DNA of 64,000 nucleotides from Monocercomonoides exilis PA203. Its lineage: Eukaryota > Protista > Preaxostyla. The stretch covers positions 1,426,001 to 1,490,000 of the forward strand of contig LSRY02000004.1 in assembly GCA_001643675.2 (NCBI GenBank), read 5' to 3'. The position numbers and the translations under genes were made by a program. Of the stretch, positions 61,621 through 64,000 are shown in pieces (positions within the stretch are counted from its first letter, which is position 1; each line of letters begins with the position of its first letter). A model generated the notes under the pieces. The model was not told the origin of the DNA, ran no database searches, and was given only the letters and a program-made list of their open reading frames with translations.

Positions 61621-64000
61621 TAAGGATAAGAAGACGATGAAGTGGAAGAGGAAGAGGAAGAAGAAGGAGGAATGAAAGAGGCAGGAAGAGAGGGAGAAGG
61701 GATGTTGTGTGTTGAGAGAGAGATTTGTGAAGAACGAGGAGAAAGTGAATTGTTGGGTGTATGAATGGAAGTGTTGCTGGAGAAAGAAGAAATGGAAGAA
61801 GAAGAAGAAGAAGAAGGCATTGTTGGAAACAGCGCATGAGGTGAGTCAGAGGAAATGGAAGAAGAGGAGAAGAGGGAAGCAGAGGAAGGAGAAATCGGAG
61901 GAGGAGAACGAGAAGAAGATGGAATGTTCAGAGAAGCATGTTTTTGGCCATCAATCACAAGAATCTGTCCATAAGCGACTGGAGCACGCTGAGAGGGGAG
62001 AGAACTGGGGGCTGAATGAATGAATGGATAAATAAATAAATAAATGGATGGATGAATGGATGGAAGAGAGGAAGGAAGAATTGTGGATGATATTTTTATA
62101 ATTAAATAGAAAGAGAAGGAAAGTTAATATGAGGGCGAGAAAAAGAGAGTATAGAGAAAGAAATAATGATTACGAAAATTAAAAAGAAAGAAAGAAAGAA
62201 AGAAAGAAAACATACGTGAGAAGTACATTGACTGTGATCGTCGTGAAAGCTTTGGAAATGGTTTGTGTGGTTTAGCTGAAGCATCATCACCAGCTCCATC
62301 TGAAAGAGAGAGGGAGAAATTAGATGAACCAGAAGAAGAAGAGGAGGAAGAGGAGGAAGAGGAGGAAGAAGAAGAGGAAGAAGAAGAGGAAGAATTTGGA
62401 GAAGAGGAAGAGTAAGAAGAAGAATTTAAGGAAGAAGAAGAAGCAGAAGAAGAGACGGAGTGAGAAGGGAAAGCAGAAGAGATCATATCGAGACGAAGAG
62501 GAGGCAGGTTAAGTTTGCGAGGAAGAGAAGATTTTTGAGGGAGAGGAGAAGGAGAAGAGGAAGAAGAGGAAGAAGAGGAAGAAGAGGAAGAGGAAGAAGA
62601 GGAAGAAGAAGAGGAAGAAGAGGAAGAGGAAGAAGAAGTGAAACCAATGTTTGATGAAGAAGAGCTTGCAGATGACGTATTTGACTGAAATGCTGAAGAG
62701 GAGTTGGAAAGAGAAGCAGAAAAGGGAGGAGAAGGAGAAGGAGTAGGAGAAAGAGAAGGAGAAGGAGAAAGAGAAGGAGCAGGAGATTGCATAAGTGAAG
62801 TAGACGAATCGAAAACAGAGTTTGAATCAACCATGTCATCATCATCATCATCTTTATCATCATCATCATCGCTGTCACTTTCAACAAAACGAGAAAGATC
62901 TGGTTTGACTTCGTTTCCCTTTGGTAAAGATGAAATGGCATTGAAATTTGAAGTTCTTGTAATTTTCTTTGAAGCTTCATCATTTTTTCTATTTATTTTT
63001 GATGTTTCTTCTTTTGAACTTTTCACTTTATCATTTGAATCACTGAAGGATTGAACAGGAACTGTGCTATTTTCAATGCTAAAATTCTCCTTCTCTTCTT
63101 TCTCTTCCTCCTTCTCCTCAGTTTTCTTCCCCTTCTTCTTCTTCTTCTTCTTCCCTCTTTCTCCTTCCTCCTTCTCTTCTGCATTTGCATTCACACCTTT
63201 TTCCTCATCTTTTAATGTGATGCTCTTTCCAAACACAAACATTCCACTCTTCATCATTTCTGGTGTTATCAACATCTTTTGCATCTTTTGAATCTTTTGC
63301 TCTTTTTGCTCTTTTTGTATTTTCTGAGGCTTTTTCAGCTTTTCTTTCTGCTTTTGATGAGACTGTTGTGTTTCATTTGAGATGGAAACGGATTTCTGAT
63401 TGAGTGAAGGATTGGAGAGGGATAATGGTGCAAAGAGAGAAGCATAGGAGGGAGTGGAAGAAGAAGAAGAAGAAGAAGAAGAAGAAGAAGAAGAAGAAGA
63501 AGAAGAAGAAGAAGAAGAAGAAGAAGAAGAAGAAGAAGAAGAAGAAGAAGAAGAAGAAGAAGAAGAAGAAGAAGAAGAAGAAGAAGAAGAAGAAACAGAA
63601 GAAGTGAAAGAGGAAGAGGAAGAAGATGCTGAAGCATCACAATTCCGATTATCTTTTGATGCAACAGCAGCTGAATAAGAGCTGTCATCATAAGCAGAAG
63701 AAGGATACACATCAGAAGAAGGTCTTCTTTGATTCTGCATTCTTTGACATTCACATTCACCTTCACAGCTAATCTTAGTGGAATTGAGGTTGTTTTCTTG
63801 TTTCTCGTCTTTGAAATGGATTATTGCGTTTGCTTTGTTTTTTATTCCACTGTTATTATTATTGTTGTTACTGCTGGTGATGTCGTTATCTCCCCATGAA
63901 GAATCGTCATCATCATCAAATACATCTTCGTCTTCTTCATCTTCATCATTATCTTTATTTTTATTATTGTCATAAGTATCACAATTATTATCTTCATCTT
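57012..64000 (-). CDS. Very large Ser/acidic low-complexity protein, 5' end outside the window; possible Byr4/Bfa1-like C-terminus
   Basis: Frame open from the window end to a GTATGT donor at 62215; phase-1 intron 62215-62012; last exon to 57012. Confidence 0.75.
63457..63594. repeat. Pure (GAA)n tract encoding poly-Ser on the minus strand
   Basis: About 46 uninterrupted GAA units seen directly. Confidence 0.95.

Noticed and set aside
57175-63975. Many antisense or alternate-frame poly-Leu, poly-Glu and poly-Lys ORFs
   Set aside because: Shadow frames of TCT/GAA low-complexity coding DNA; the same applies around 979-3449, 25413-26649 and 34592-37452.

Overview
AT-rich, intron-containing eukaryotic (protist) DNA read in the standard code, with many Ser/Glu/Lys low-complexity proteins. 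The style resembles an oxymonad such as Monocercomonoides (inference only). Housekeeping genes: PP2A B56 subunit, MO25/CAB39, IMP3, ApgM-type phosphoglycerate mutase, Exo84-like protein, two E2 ubiquitin-conjugating enzymes and NAA10. There is also a 2125-aa surface protein and several hypothetical genes. The main discovery is a ~20.2-kb DNA transposon (33633-53826) with 28-bp perfect TIRs and an ACAT target-site duplication, inserted into a ~256-bp MITE of which an uninterrupted copy lies at 13511-13768. Its core (38491-46951) is bounded by a second, 469-bp inverted repeat and holds two divergent genes. One is a spliced ~1186-aa Sola2-like DDD transposase with a USP-family (peptidase C19) deubiquitinase domain inserted in it. 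The other is a ~562-aa paralogue with the same N-terminal domain, the same first-intron position and its own USP domain but no DDD domain. A GC-rich multi-stem structure with a UUCG hairpin follows the transposase stop, and both arms carry decayed host-like genes. Three families of ~240-270-bp MITEs with GGG...CCC ends and 4-bp A-N-N-T TSDs are nested in one another. All alignments and splice models were done by eye.
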